This document shows positions 1-9,576 of a stretch of 32,000 bases of DNA, piece by piece. Positions within the stretch are counted from its first letter, which is position 1, and each line of letters opens with the position of its first letter. The notes under the pieces are model-generated. The model did not search any database. It was not told where the DNA came from and was given only the letters and a program-made list of their open reading frames with translations. Source of the DNA: Cupriavidus necator (GTDB lineage: Bacteria > Pseudomonadota > Gammaproteobacteria > Burkholderiales > Burkholderiaceae); NCBI RefSeq assembly GCF_016127575.1, contig NZ_CP066018.1:2820001-2852000 (forward strand). The letters run 5' to 3'. The position numbers and the translations under genes are program-made.

Positions 1-162
1 TTCCTGCTTGGGAGGCTCCAGCGGGATGATGCGCGCGACGATTTCCGGCGAGATCACCGCCTCGGTCAGCTTGCGGCCCAGGCCGCTTTGGATCAGGTAG
101 AGCAGGCCGACGTGGAACAGCAGTACGGCGAGCGTAATCTTGAGGAAGCGTTGGTCGAACAT
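1..162 (-). CDS. TonB-like energy transducer, N-terminal 54 codons only (gene continues beyond window start)
   Basis: Not in the ORF track because there is no stop in the window. Reverse strand from ATG at 162-160 reads MFDQRFLKITLAVLLFHVGLLYLIQSGLGRKLTEAVISPEIVARIIPLEPPKQE. This is a single N-terminal TM helix with an embedded His, followed by the start of a Pro/Lys/Glu-rich stretch as in TonB. A Fur-box-like site lies upstream. No obvious SD. Confidence 0.5.
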   Translation of the reverse strand, partial: MFDQRFLKITLAVLLFHVGLLYLIQSGLGRKLTEAVISPEIVARIIPLEPPKQE

Positions 163-215
163 GTGTCAACAACAAAAGTCTGCCAGCGGTGGCACCGCGG
201 CGGCGCTGTGCGCCG

Positions 216-281
216 TCACTTGCGATAAAACAGGATCAGCGAGATGCCGCAACCAACCAGCAGGCTAAGCAGCAATTCCAT
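216..281 (-). CDS. Candidate unannotated 21-aa hydrophobic micro-protein (MELLLSLLVGCGISLILFYRK)
   Basis: Below the ORF-track size cut-off. ATG at 281-279 and TGA at 218-216. A canonical AAGGAG lies 8 nt upstream on the reverse strand (revcomp of 282-300 = AGTTGAAGGAGCGTTTATC). The peptide is one TM-length hydrophobic segment with a basic C-terminus. It sits between the Fur-box-like site and the tonB-like start. Confidence 0.35.
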   Translation of the reverse strand: MELLLSLLVGCGISLILFYRK

Positions 282-354
282 GATAAACGCTCCTTCAACT
301 GGGTTGCCGTGGGAGCGCCACTCTGGGGCAGCGTGTCAGCGGGCTAGTATAAAC

Positions 355-373
355 GATAATGATTCTTATTTTT
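355..373. promoter_or_regulatory. Fur-box-like operator
   Basis: GATAATGATTCTTATTTTT matches the classical 19-bp Fur consensus GATAATGATAATCATTATC at 14/19 positions, with the first 9 nt identical. It sits in the only AT-rich patch of the 282-648 intergenic region. It is adjacent to a reverse-strand TATACT (346-351) and upstream of the micro-ORF and tonB-like gene. Confidence 0.5.
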
Positions 374-648
374 TGTAATTTGTGCGTCGCAACTGGAATT
401 TTCTGGCCCGGCACGTTATACCGGCAAGTCCAGGCAGCATTTCGGGAGGTGATGCAGCGGTGCATGCGCGCTGGCGCGCTCTGGCACTTTGCTGCGCTTC
501 GGTGCCCCAGGCCACAATTGCCGGTGCCCGTGGCGCACAGGCATGCGCGGTCGGTACCAAAGCGCGCTAGCATAGGAAGAAACTGCAGACGTGGCGGTGC
601 CCCGGTCGCGGCCCCGCCATCGCGCACAGCGCGCTCGGGGACCCGTTC

Positions 649-2949
649 ATGGACTTCACACGTTTTGCTGAAGATGACCGATCGACGATTCTGCGCTCCA
701 TGCCTGGCACATCGTCCAGTTCAGCATTGGACTGGATGTGCGCGCAGTTTGCCCTGCGCGTGGTCTGCGCGCTGGGCCCGCGCTTCAACCTGCGCAGCAA
801 TATCAACGATGTCCTGACCGTCAGCGCGCAGGAGATGGTGTGGCCGTACGGCGTGGTGCTGCGCGTGCAGCGCTTCCTGGCCGCGCGCTGCGCCGACATG
901 CCCGCCTGGAAGGGCACCGCCCGCCTGACCCCTGAGGAATTCCTGGACCGCCACGGCCAATGGAACAGCGCTTTCGACGAAAGCGCGCTGTTCTATTACC
1001 TGGACGAGTACGTCAAGCACCACGCCAAGGACATGTTCGCCGTGTTCGATGCTTCGGCCGCTGCCATCGCCCAGCGCCTGGAAGGCGAGCGCGTACTGCT
1101 GGTGCGCAATATCGACATGCTCAGCCATGTGCTGGACCTGCCCGAGCACGAGCGCAAGCTGCTGCTGTACGCGGCGCTGGCCAAGTACAAGCGCGACCTG
1201 CGCGCGGTGATGGTCGACTGCAAGGTGGCGCACAGCCAGGAAGCGTTCCAGATCCTGGCCGGGCTGACCGGCGCCGGCGCGGCCGACGTGGCCGCCTCGC
1301 TGCGCCCGGGCTCGCGGCTGGAGACGCTGAACCTGATCGAACAGCCGCTGCCGGAAAACAGCGTGACCGACCTGGGCGACCTGATGCGGCTCTCGGACCG
1401 GCTGCTGCACGTGCTGCTGGGCAACTACGCCAACGAAGCCGAGATGATGGCGGTCTTCACCCGCCCGGCCGCGCCGCCCACGCTGACCACTGCCGACTAT
1501 CCCCATGTCGAGACCGACGCGCGCTACCTGTGCGCGCTGCTGTCCAATGCCACGCGCCAGCATGCGAGCGGAGTCAACGTGCTGATCTACGGGCCGCCCG
1601 GCACCGGCAAGACCGAGTTCGCGCGGCTGCTGGCGCGCGAGGCGGGCTGCGAGCTGTATGAAGTCGATTGCCTGGACCGCGACGGCAACAGCCTGTCGGG
1701 CAAGGACCGCTACCGCTCGCTGCAGGTGTCGCAGGCCTTCCTGCGCGGGCGTGCCCATACCGCGCTGCTGTTCGATGAGGTGGAAGACGTCTTCCCGGGC
1801 AGCGCGCGCGAGCTGATGAGCCTGTTCGGCCAGGAAGACACGCGCGCCTCGGTCAACGGCAAGGCCTGGGTCAACCAGACGCTAGAGCAGAACCCGGTGC
1901 CGGTGATCTGGATCTCGAATTCGATCCGGCAGATCGACCCGGCCTACCTGCGCCGTTTCCAGTTCCACCTGGAGCTGAAGATCCCGCCGCCGCTGGTGCG
2001 CGAGAACATCATCCGCAAGCACCTGGGCGGGCTGGACGTCAGCGACGCATTTATCACCGGGCTGGCCGGGCGCAAGACGCTGACGCCCGCGCAGGTGCAG
2101 TCGGCCGCGCGCTTTGTCGAGCTGGCACGGCCCGACGTGGAAGAGCCGGTGGAAGCGCTGATCCTGCGCCAGCTGGAACACGCCGACCGCGCCATGGGTC
2201 TGCGCCCCGAGGCCGAGGCGCGGCCGGTGGTCACGCACTACCGGCTGGAGAACCTGCACCTGGAAACCCGCTACGAGGTGGTCAAGATCGTCGACGCGCT
2301 GCGCGTGCGCCAGCGCGGCACGCTGTGCTTCTACGGCCCGCCCGGCACCGGCAAGACCGCGCTGGCCGAGCATATCGCGTCCGAGCTGGACCTGCCACTG
2401 ATGATCCGCCGCGCCTCCGACCTGATGAGCAAGTATGTGGGCGAGACCGAGCAGCAGATCGCCGCCATGTTCGCGCGCGCCGAAGAGGATGGGGCGGTGC
2501 TGCTGCTGGATGAGGCCGACAGCTTCATGCAGAGCCGCCAGCAGGCGGTGCGCAACTATGAGATCTCCGAGGTCAACGAGATGCTGCAGGGCATGGAGCG
2601 CTTTAACGGCATCTTTATCTGCACCACCAACCTGTTCGACCGCATCGACGAGGCGGCGCTGCGCCGCTTCTCTTTCAAGATCCGCTTCCTGGCGCTCAAG
2701 CCCGCGCAGCGCGTGGCGATGTTTGTCGACGAGGCGCTCGACGGCGATGCCGCCGGCCTGACCGACAGCATGCGCCGTGAACTGGATACGATGGATTGCC
2801 TGACGCCGGGCGACTTCGCCACGGTCAAGCGCCAGTGCGTGCTGTTGGGCGAGGCGCTTACGCCGGATGAGTTCCTGGCACAGCTGCGCCAGGAGCACGC
2901 GATCAAGCCCGAGGTGCGGGAGCACCGGCCACTGGGCTTCCTGCAGTAG
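649..2949 (+). CDS. Tandem AAA+ ATPase (two classical AAA modules) with an uncharacterised ~300-aa N-terminal region
   Basis: 766-aa ORF. Module 1: Walker A GPPGTGKTE, Walker B LLFDEVED, then ISNSIRQIDPAYLRRF. Module 2: Walker A GPPGTGKTA, Walker B LLLDEADSF, sensor-1 CTTN, then DEAALRRF. 649 is the most upstream start in frame. Confidence 0.85.
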   Translation: MDFTRFAEDDRSTILRSMPGTSSSSALDWMCAQFALRVVCALGPRFNLRSNINDVLTVSAQEMVWPYGVVLRVQRFLAARCADMPAWKGTARLTPEEFLDRHGQWNSAFDESALFYYLDEYVKHHAKDMFAVFDASAAAIAQRLEGERVLLVRNIDMLSHVLDLPEHERKLLLYAALAKYKRDLRAVMVDCKVAHSQEAFQILAGLTGAGAADVAASLRPGSRLETLNLIEQPLPENSVTDLGDLMRLSDRLLHVLLGNYANEAEMMAVFTRPAAPPTLTTADYPHVETDARYLCALLSNATRQHASGVNVLIYGPPGTGKTEFARLLAREAGCELYEVDCLDRDGNSLSGKDRYRSLQVSQAFLRGRAHTALLFDEVEDVFPGSARELMSLFGQEDTRASVNGKAWVNQTLEQNPVPVIWISNSIRQIDPAYLRRFQFHLELKIPPPLVRENIIRKHLGGLDVSDAFITGLAGRKTLTPAQVQSAARFVELARPDVEEPVEALILRQLEHADRAMGLRPEAEARPVVTHYRLENLHLETRYEVVKIVDALRVRQRGTLCFYGPPGTGKTALAEHIASELDLPLMIRRASDLMSKYVGETEQQIAAMFARAEEDGAVLLLDEADSFMQSRQQAVRNYEISEVNEMLQGMERFNGIFICTTNLFDRIDEAALRRFSFKIRFLALKPAQRVAMFVDEALDGDAAGLTDSMRRELDTMDCLTPGDFATVKRQCVLLGEALTPDEFLAQLRQEHAIKPEVREHRPLGFLQ

Positions 2950-2969
2950 GGGAAGGCGCCGGTCAGAGG

Positions 2970-3779
2970 TCAGAGCGCCGGCGCCGGCTCGATCACCACG
3001 GTTTCCGCATCCGCTTCCACCTGCAGCAGCGTGGCTGCCATCGCGCGCAGGTGCGCGGCGTCCTTGGTCGAGGCAAAGCGGTCGTGCGGCGTGGCATCGG
3101 GCGCGGCGGCCAGCTTGTGTTCGGCCAGCTTGCGTGCCAGCTGGCGCGCAATGGCGCTGCCGGTGTCGACCAGTGCCAGCTGGTCGCCAACCATCGCGCG
3201 GATCGTGCCGGAGAGAAAAGGGTAGTGGGTGCAGCCCAGCACCAGCGTGTCGGCGCCGGCTTCGAGCATGGGCGTGAGGTAGGTATCGAGGCGCTCGCGC
3301 ACGGCCGGGCCATCGATGTCGCCTTGCTCGATCAGCGATACCAGGCCCAGGCCGGCTTCGCAGATAAAACGGCTTTCACCATCCAGAGACGCCAGCAGGC
3401 GCGCGAACTTGGCGCTCTTGAGCGTATTGGCGGTGGCCAGCACGCCCACCACCTTACTGCGGCTGGCCGCGGCGGCAGGTTTCAGGCCGGGTTCCACACC
3501 GATGATTGGTAGCGGCAGTTGCTTGCGCAGCAGCTCCACAGCGTGGCCGGTGGCCGTGTTGCAGGCGATCACCAGCGCCTTGCAGCCTTGGGCGATCAGC
3601 CATTCGCAGGCCTGCAGGGTGCGCGCTTCGACAAACTTCTCGGGCTTCTCGCCGTACGGGGCGTATTTCGAATCGGCGAGGTACAGCACCGATTCATGGG
3701 GCAGCAGCGCGCGGATCTCGCGCAGCACGGACAGGCCGCCAAGGCCGGAATCGAAGACGCCGATGGGTGCGGGATTCAC
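2970..3779 (-). CDS. murI: Glutamate racemase
   Basis: 269-aa ORF with GVFDSGLGGLSV near the N-terminus plus the two catalytic-Cys motifs IACNTA and LGCTHYP. The start codon is GTG at 3779. Confidence 0.9.
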   Translation of the reverse strand: MNPAPIGVFDSGLGGLSVLREIRALLPHESVLYLADSKYAPYGEKPEKFVEARTLQACEWLIAQGCKALVIACNTATGHAVELLRKQLPLPIIGVEPGLKPAAAASRSKVVGVLATANTLKSAKFARLLASLDGESRFICEAGLGLVSLIEQGDIDGPAVRERLDTYLTPMLEAGADTLVLGCTHYPFLSGTIRAMVGDQLALVDTGSAIARQLARKLAEHKLAAAPDATPHDRFASTKDAAHLRAMAATLLQVEADAETVVIEPAPAL

Positions 3780-3810
3780 TGGGGTGCAGGGACGACAAGA
3801 AACAAGGTAG

Positions 3811-3842
3811 AAAAAAGCCGGGTCGGAACCCGGCTTCTTTTT
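3811..3842 (-). terminator. Rho-independent terminator downstream of fumarate hydratase
   Basis: Stem GCCGGGT (3817-3823) / ACCCGGC (3828-3834) with loop CGGA. It is flanked by A6 on the plus strand (a U-tract for the minus-strand transcript) and by TTCTTTTT on the other side, so it may act bidirectionally. Confidence 0.6.
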
Positions 3843-3877
3843 CGAGCGCGACGGCAGATTCTACCGTCCTGCCAGGC

Positions 3878-5401
3878 TTACAGCGCGGCGACCGGGATCT
3901 TGCCGATCTTGGCCTGCCATTCCGCGGGGCCGGTCTTGTGCACCGAGGTGCCTTCGCTGTCCACGGCGACCGTCACCGGCATGTCCTTGACGTCGAACTC
4001 GTAGATCGCTTCCATGCCGAGGTCTTCGAAGCCGACCACCTTGGCTTCCTTGATCGCCTTGGCCACCAGGTAGGCGGCGCCGCCCACGGCCATCAGGTAG
4101 GCCGACTTGTGCTTCTTGATGGCCTCGATCGCCACCGGGCCGCGCTCGGCCTTGCCGATCATCGAGATCAGGCCGGTTTCGGCCAGCATCATCTCGGTGA
4201 ACTTGTCCATGCGCGTGGCGGTGGTGGGGCCGGCCGGGCCGACCGCCTCGTCGCGCACCGGATCGACCGGGCCAACGTAGTAGATCACGCGGTTCTTGAA
4301 GTCCACCGGCAGCTTCTCGCCCTTGGCCAGCATGTCGGCGATGCGCTTGTGCGCGGCGTCGCGGCCGGTCAGCATCTTGCCATTGAGCAGCAGGGTCTGG
4401 CCCGGCTTCCACGAGGCGACTTCTTCCGGCGTCAGCGTGTTCAGGTCGACGCGCTTGGAGGTCTCGGTGTTCGGGGCCCACTCTACCTTCGGCCATTGCG
4501 ACAGGTCAGGCGCTTCCAGCTTGGCCGGGCCGCTGCCGTCCAGCGTGAAGTGCACGTGGCGGGTGGCGGCGCAGTTGGGGATCATCGCGACCGGCTTGGA
4601 CGCGGCATGGGTCGGGCAGGCCATGATCTTGACGTCCAGCACGGTGGCCAGGCCGCCCAGGCCCTGCGCGCCGATGCCCAGCGCGTTGACCTTCTCGTAC
4701 AGCTCGACGCGCAGTTCCTCGACCCAGTCCTTGGGGCCGCGGGCGATGATGTCCTGGATGTCGATGGACTCCATCAGCGATTCCTTGGCCATCACCATGG
4801 CCTTCTCGGCGGTGCCGCCGATGCCGATGCCCAGCATGCCCGGCGGGCACCAGCCGGCGCCCATGGTCGGCACGGTCTTCAGCACCCAGTCGACGATCGA
4901 GTCGGACGGGTTCAGCATCACGAACTTGGACTTGTTCTCCGAGCCGCCGCCCTTGGCCGCAACCTGGATGTCGACGGTGTTGCCCGGCACCACTTCGTAG
5001 TGGATCACAGCCGGGGTGTTGTCCTTGGTGTTCTTGCGGCCGCCTTCGGGCGGGCTGACGATCGAGGCGCGCAGCACGTTATCCGGATGCGTGTAGCCGC
5101 GGCGCACACCCTCGTTGATCATGTCGGTCAGGCCCATGGTGGCGCCATCCCAGCGCACGTCCATCCCCACCTTGACGAAGATCGTGACAATGCCGGTGTC
5201 CTGGCAGATCGGGCGCTTGCCCTCGGCGCACATGCGGCTGTTGGTCAGGATCTGCGCGATCGCGTCCTTGGCCGCCGGGCTCTGCTCCAGCTCATAGGCG
5301 CGGCCCAGGCTGGTGATGTAGTCCATCGGGTGGTAGTAGCTGATGTACTGCAGGGAGTCGGCGACGCTCTGGATGAGGTCTTCTTGCTTGATGACAGTCA
5401 T
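3878..5401 (-). CDS. fumA: Class I (Fe-S, fused alpha/beta hydro-lyase type) fumarate hydratase
   Basis: ORF 3878..5446. I place the start at internal ATG 5401 (MTVIKQEDLIQ...), giving 507 aa. It carries CQDTGI and GGGSENKS motifs and a C-terminal beta-subunit-like domain typical of Fe-S hydro-lyases. The start choice is uncertain because no clear SD is present. Confidence 0.85.
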   Translation of the reverse strand: MTVIKQEDLIQSVADSLQYISYYHPMDYITSLGRAYELEQSPAAKDAIAQILTNSRMCAEGKRPICQDTGIVTIFVKVGMDVRWDGATMGLTDMINEGVRRGYTHPDNVLRASIVSPPEGGRKNTKDNTPAVIHYEVVPGNTVDIQVAAKGGGSENKSKFVMLNPSDSIVDWVLKTVPTMGAGWCPPGMLGIGIGGTAEKAMVMAKESLMESIDIQDIIARGPKDWVEELRVELYEKVNALGIGAQGLGGLATVLDVKIMACPTHAASKPVAMIPNCAATRHVHFTLDGSGPAKLEAPDLSQWPKVEWAPNTETSKRVDLNTLTPEEVASWKPGQTLLLNGKMLTGRDAAHKRIADMLAKGEKLPVDFKNRVIYYVGPVDPVRDEAVGPAGPTTATRMDKFTEMMLAETGLISMIGKAERGPVAIEAIKKHKSAYLMAVGGAAYLVAKAIKEAKVVGFEDLGMEAIYEFDVKDMPVTVAVDSEGTSVHKTGPAEWQAKIGKIPVAAL

Positions 5402-5533
5402 TTTGTGGGGGAGGGCAGCGGTGAAACACAGCCTGAAATCATACACTGAGCCGGGGCGCTCTGCCCGGCTGCATACATCCGTCTACAGCCGATAATGTGC
5501 GGCAAACGCCGCTGCCTGCGTGGGGGCGGGCCC

Positions 5534-5563
5534 AAAAGCAAAAACCGCGGCACATGGCCGCGG
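5534..5563 (-). terminator. Rho-independent terminator downstream of the YqhA-family gene
   Basis: Stem CCGCGGC (5545-5551) / GCCGCGG (5557-5563) with loop ACATG. On the minus strand it is followed by TTTTTGCTTTTG (complement of 5534-5544). Confidence 0.6.
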
Positions 5564-5602
5564 TCTGGCTGGGACTAGGCGTCCGATGGCGCATTAATGT
5601 GA

Positions 5603-6145
5603 TTAGTGCTTGGCAGCTGCGCCGGCCGGGTGCGACACCATCCGGTCCACCCAGGCCATGGCGACTGCCGACAGCAGGAAGGCAATATGGATGGCCACCT
5701 GCCACATGATGGTGTGCGTGGTCCGTTGCTCGGCATCGATAAAGGTCTTGAGCAGGTGGATCGACGAAATCCCGATCAGCGCCATCGACAGCTTGACCTT
5801 GAGCACCCCGGCGTTGACGTGGTCCAGCCATTCCGGCTCGTCCGGGTGGTTGTCGATGCCCAGGCGCGAGACAAAGGTCTCATAGCCGCCCACGATCACC
5901 ATGATCAGCAGGTTGGAGATCATCACCACGTCGATCAGGCCCAGCACCACCAGCATGATCTTGTTCTCGTCGAACTCGGTCACATGCGCCAGCAGATGCC
6001 AGACCTCGACCAGGAAGTGGTAGACATAGACGCCCTGGGCCACGATCAGGCCCAGGTAAAGCGGCAACTGCAGCCAGCGCGACGCGAAGATGATGCTCGG
6101 GATCGGCCGCATGGTCTGCGGCCTGGTCATTGGATTGGAAGCCAT
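5603..6145 (-). CDS. YqhA-family (UPF0114) inner-membrane protein
   Basis: 180 aa with 3-4 TM segments. The N-terminal [13 protein letters not shown] and the [24 protein letters not shown] block are as I recall them for UPF0114/YqhA proteins. Confidence 0.75.
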   Translation of the reverse strand: MASNPMTRPQTMRPIPSIIFASRWLQLPLYLGLIVAQGVYVYHFLVEVWHLLAHVTEFDENKIMLVVLGLIDVVMISNLLIMVIVGGYETFVSRLGIDNHPDEPEWLDHVNAGVLKVKLSMALIGISSIHLLKTFIDAEQRTTHTIMWQVAIHIAFLLSAVAMAWVDRMVSHPAGAAAKH

Positions 6146-6182
6146 GGGCGGGGCGGTGTCAGCGAGTTGAAAGGCGGCGTGG

Positions 6183-6191
6183 ATTGTACCA
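6183..6191 (-). promoter_or_regulatory. Possible extended -10 promoter for the YqhA-family gene
   Basis: Reverse strand reads TGGTACAAT (TGnTAnAAT pattern) about 38 nt upstream of the ATG at 6145. No convincing -35. Confidence 0.3.
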
Positions 6192-6250
6192 AGCGCCGAT
6201 GACCGGGCGGTGTTACCGACCGTAACCGAACCGTTCGTCGCCGGCGTGGC

Positions 6251-7210
6251 TCAGCCCGCGGCGCCGGGATCGGCGCCGGCCGCCTTGCCGCGCCACGCGC
6301 CGCGCGCGATCCGCCCCGGCCAGCTGGCCAGCACGATCCCGGCCAGCACGCACGCCAGCGCCACCCCATGCGGCCAGCCCGGCTGCTCGCCCAGGAAGAC
6401 GATGCCGTAGGTGGCAGCCGCCACTGGCAGCACCGAGGTGAACACCCCCGCCAGCTGCGCCGGCACATGGCGGATTCCCTTCATCCACAGCCAGAACGAG
6501 AACACGCTCGCCGACAGCGCATACCACAGCAGCATCAGCCAGGTCTGCGTGGGCACCGTCGACGCATCGAAGCCCAGCAGCGGCACCAGCCCCAGCGGCA
6601 GCATCAGCAGTCCGCCAATCAAATGCGTGTAGGCACAGATCTCGATCGCGGCCAGCGTCTGCGTGAGCCGGCGCGACAGGATCACGTAGATCGATTCGCA
6701 CACCACCGCGCCCATGATCATCAGGTTGCCCAGCCATGCCTGGCTGCCGCTGCCGGCACCGTGCGCGTCGCCCCGGGCGATATTCAGCACGGCGATGCCG
6801 GTCATCGCCAGCAGCACCGATGCCACCGTGCGCCGCGACAGCCGTTCGCGCAGCAGCAGCCACGACAGGATCGCCACCGTGGCCGGGATGGTGCTGGTGA
6901 TCACGCCGGCCGCCATGGCGCTGGTCAGCCGCACGCCATTGAGCATCAGCAGCGTAAACAGGAAGGTGCCGAAGAACGCCTGCAGGAACAGGTTCAGCCA
7001 TTCCCCGCGCGAGACCCGGCGCATGCGCGCGGGCCGGTACCAGGGCGCCAGGCAGACGATGGCAATGACAAAACGCAGCAGCGCGAACAGCAGCACCGGC
7101 ACATGCGCGATGATCGATTTGCCGAGGCCCACGTTGCTGCCGACCAGTGCCATCGAGGCAACCAGGAAGAGGGCGTAGACCGGGGAGAATGCTGAAGGGT
7201 TGGCGGGCAC
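6251..7210 (-). CDS. DMT superfamily (EamA-like) transporter
   Basis: 319 aa, about 10 predicted TM helices arranged as two similar halves, Gly/Ala/Leu-rich as is typical of EamA repeats. GTG start at 7210. An overlapping out-of-frame ORF (6213..7271) is rejected. Confidence 0.8.
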   Translation of the reverse strand: MPANPSAFSPVYALFLVASMALVGSNVGLGKSIIAHVPVLLFALLRFVIAIVCLAPWYRPARMRRVSRGEWLNLFLQAFFGTFLFTLLMLNGVRLTSAMAAGVITSTIPATVAILSWLLLRERLSRRTVASVLLAMTGIAVLNIARGDAHGAGSGSQAWLGNLMIMGAVVCESIYVILSRRLTQTLAAIEICAYTHLIGGLLMLPLGLVPLLGFDASTVPTQTWLMLLWYALSASVFSFWLWMKGIRHVPAQLAGVFTSVLPVAAATYGIVFLGEQPGWPHGVALACVLAGIVLASWPGRIARGAWRGKAAGADPGAAG

Positions 7211-7491
7211 GGGTACGGCCTTGGTCTTCCGGCGGGCGCCGCGGCGGGTGCTGAGCCGGCAGGAGCGGCAAGGGTAAGCGCCGCGATCAGGTATGGAACT
7301 CGCGGCATTATAGCTGTGCTAGCCTAATGGAGAAGGCTGCACTTTCGCGGCACGTGCGTGGATTTTTCCCGCTGCATTGCAACAAGTTGCAGGCACGCCC
7401 CGGCCCACCGTCAGGTCTTACCGTCAGGTTTAAGTAAGCCGTCGGGCGTAACGTGGCAGCCAAAGCCAGTCCAAAATCAGGAGACAAACCT

Positions 7492-9474
<1,983 letters not shown>

Positions 9475-9504
9475 TCGTCTGGCTTCGGCCCGATCGAGCC
9501 CTTG

Positions 9505-9541
9505 AACCCGCCGCCGCGTTCCCGCGCGCCGGCGGGTTTGT
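9505..9541 (+). terminator. Rho-independent terminator after acs
   Basis: AACCCGCCG (9505-9513) pairs with CGGCGGGTT (9530-9538) around a GC-rich loop, followed by TTTGTT. Confidence 0.55.
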
Positions 9542-9576
9542 TACGATAGCCCCCCACCGACCACGGACCGTCCCCA

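Noticed and set aside
482-496. Sigma54-like TGGCAC...TGC upstream of the AAA+ gene.
   Set aside because: In TGGCACTTTGCTGCG the GG and GC dinucleotides are one nucleotide closer than in the strictly spaced TGGCAC-N5-TTGC consensus. There is no TTGC at the right register and no enhancer-binding-protein gene nearby.
359-817. 152-aa and 62-aa plus-strand ORFs in the tonB/AAA+ intergenic region.
   Set aside because: The translations are Cys/Arg/Trp-rich nonsense with no SD, and the 152-aa ORF overlaps the AAA+ gene out of frame.
2955-2985. GGCGCCGG...CCGGCGCC hairpin between the convergent AAA+ and murI genes as a bidirectional terminator.
   Set aside because: It has a 15-nt loop and no U-tract on either strand, and it overlaps the murI stop codon. 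This is too weak to call.
3506-5449. 647-aa plus-strand ORF antisense to fumarate hydratase. Similar long antisense or out-of-frame ORFs are at 721..1758, 7477..9105, 10651..11673, 14483..15979, 20385..22643, 23240..25321 and 29283..30641.
   Set aside because: Each lies opposite or out of frame to a gene with clear family motifs. Their translations are Arg/Ala/Gly/His/Asp-rich low-complexity strings with no motifs, which is typical of spurious open frames in high-GC DNA.
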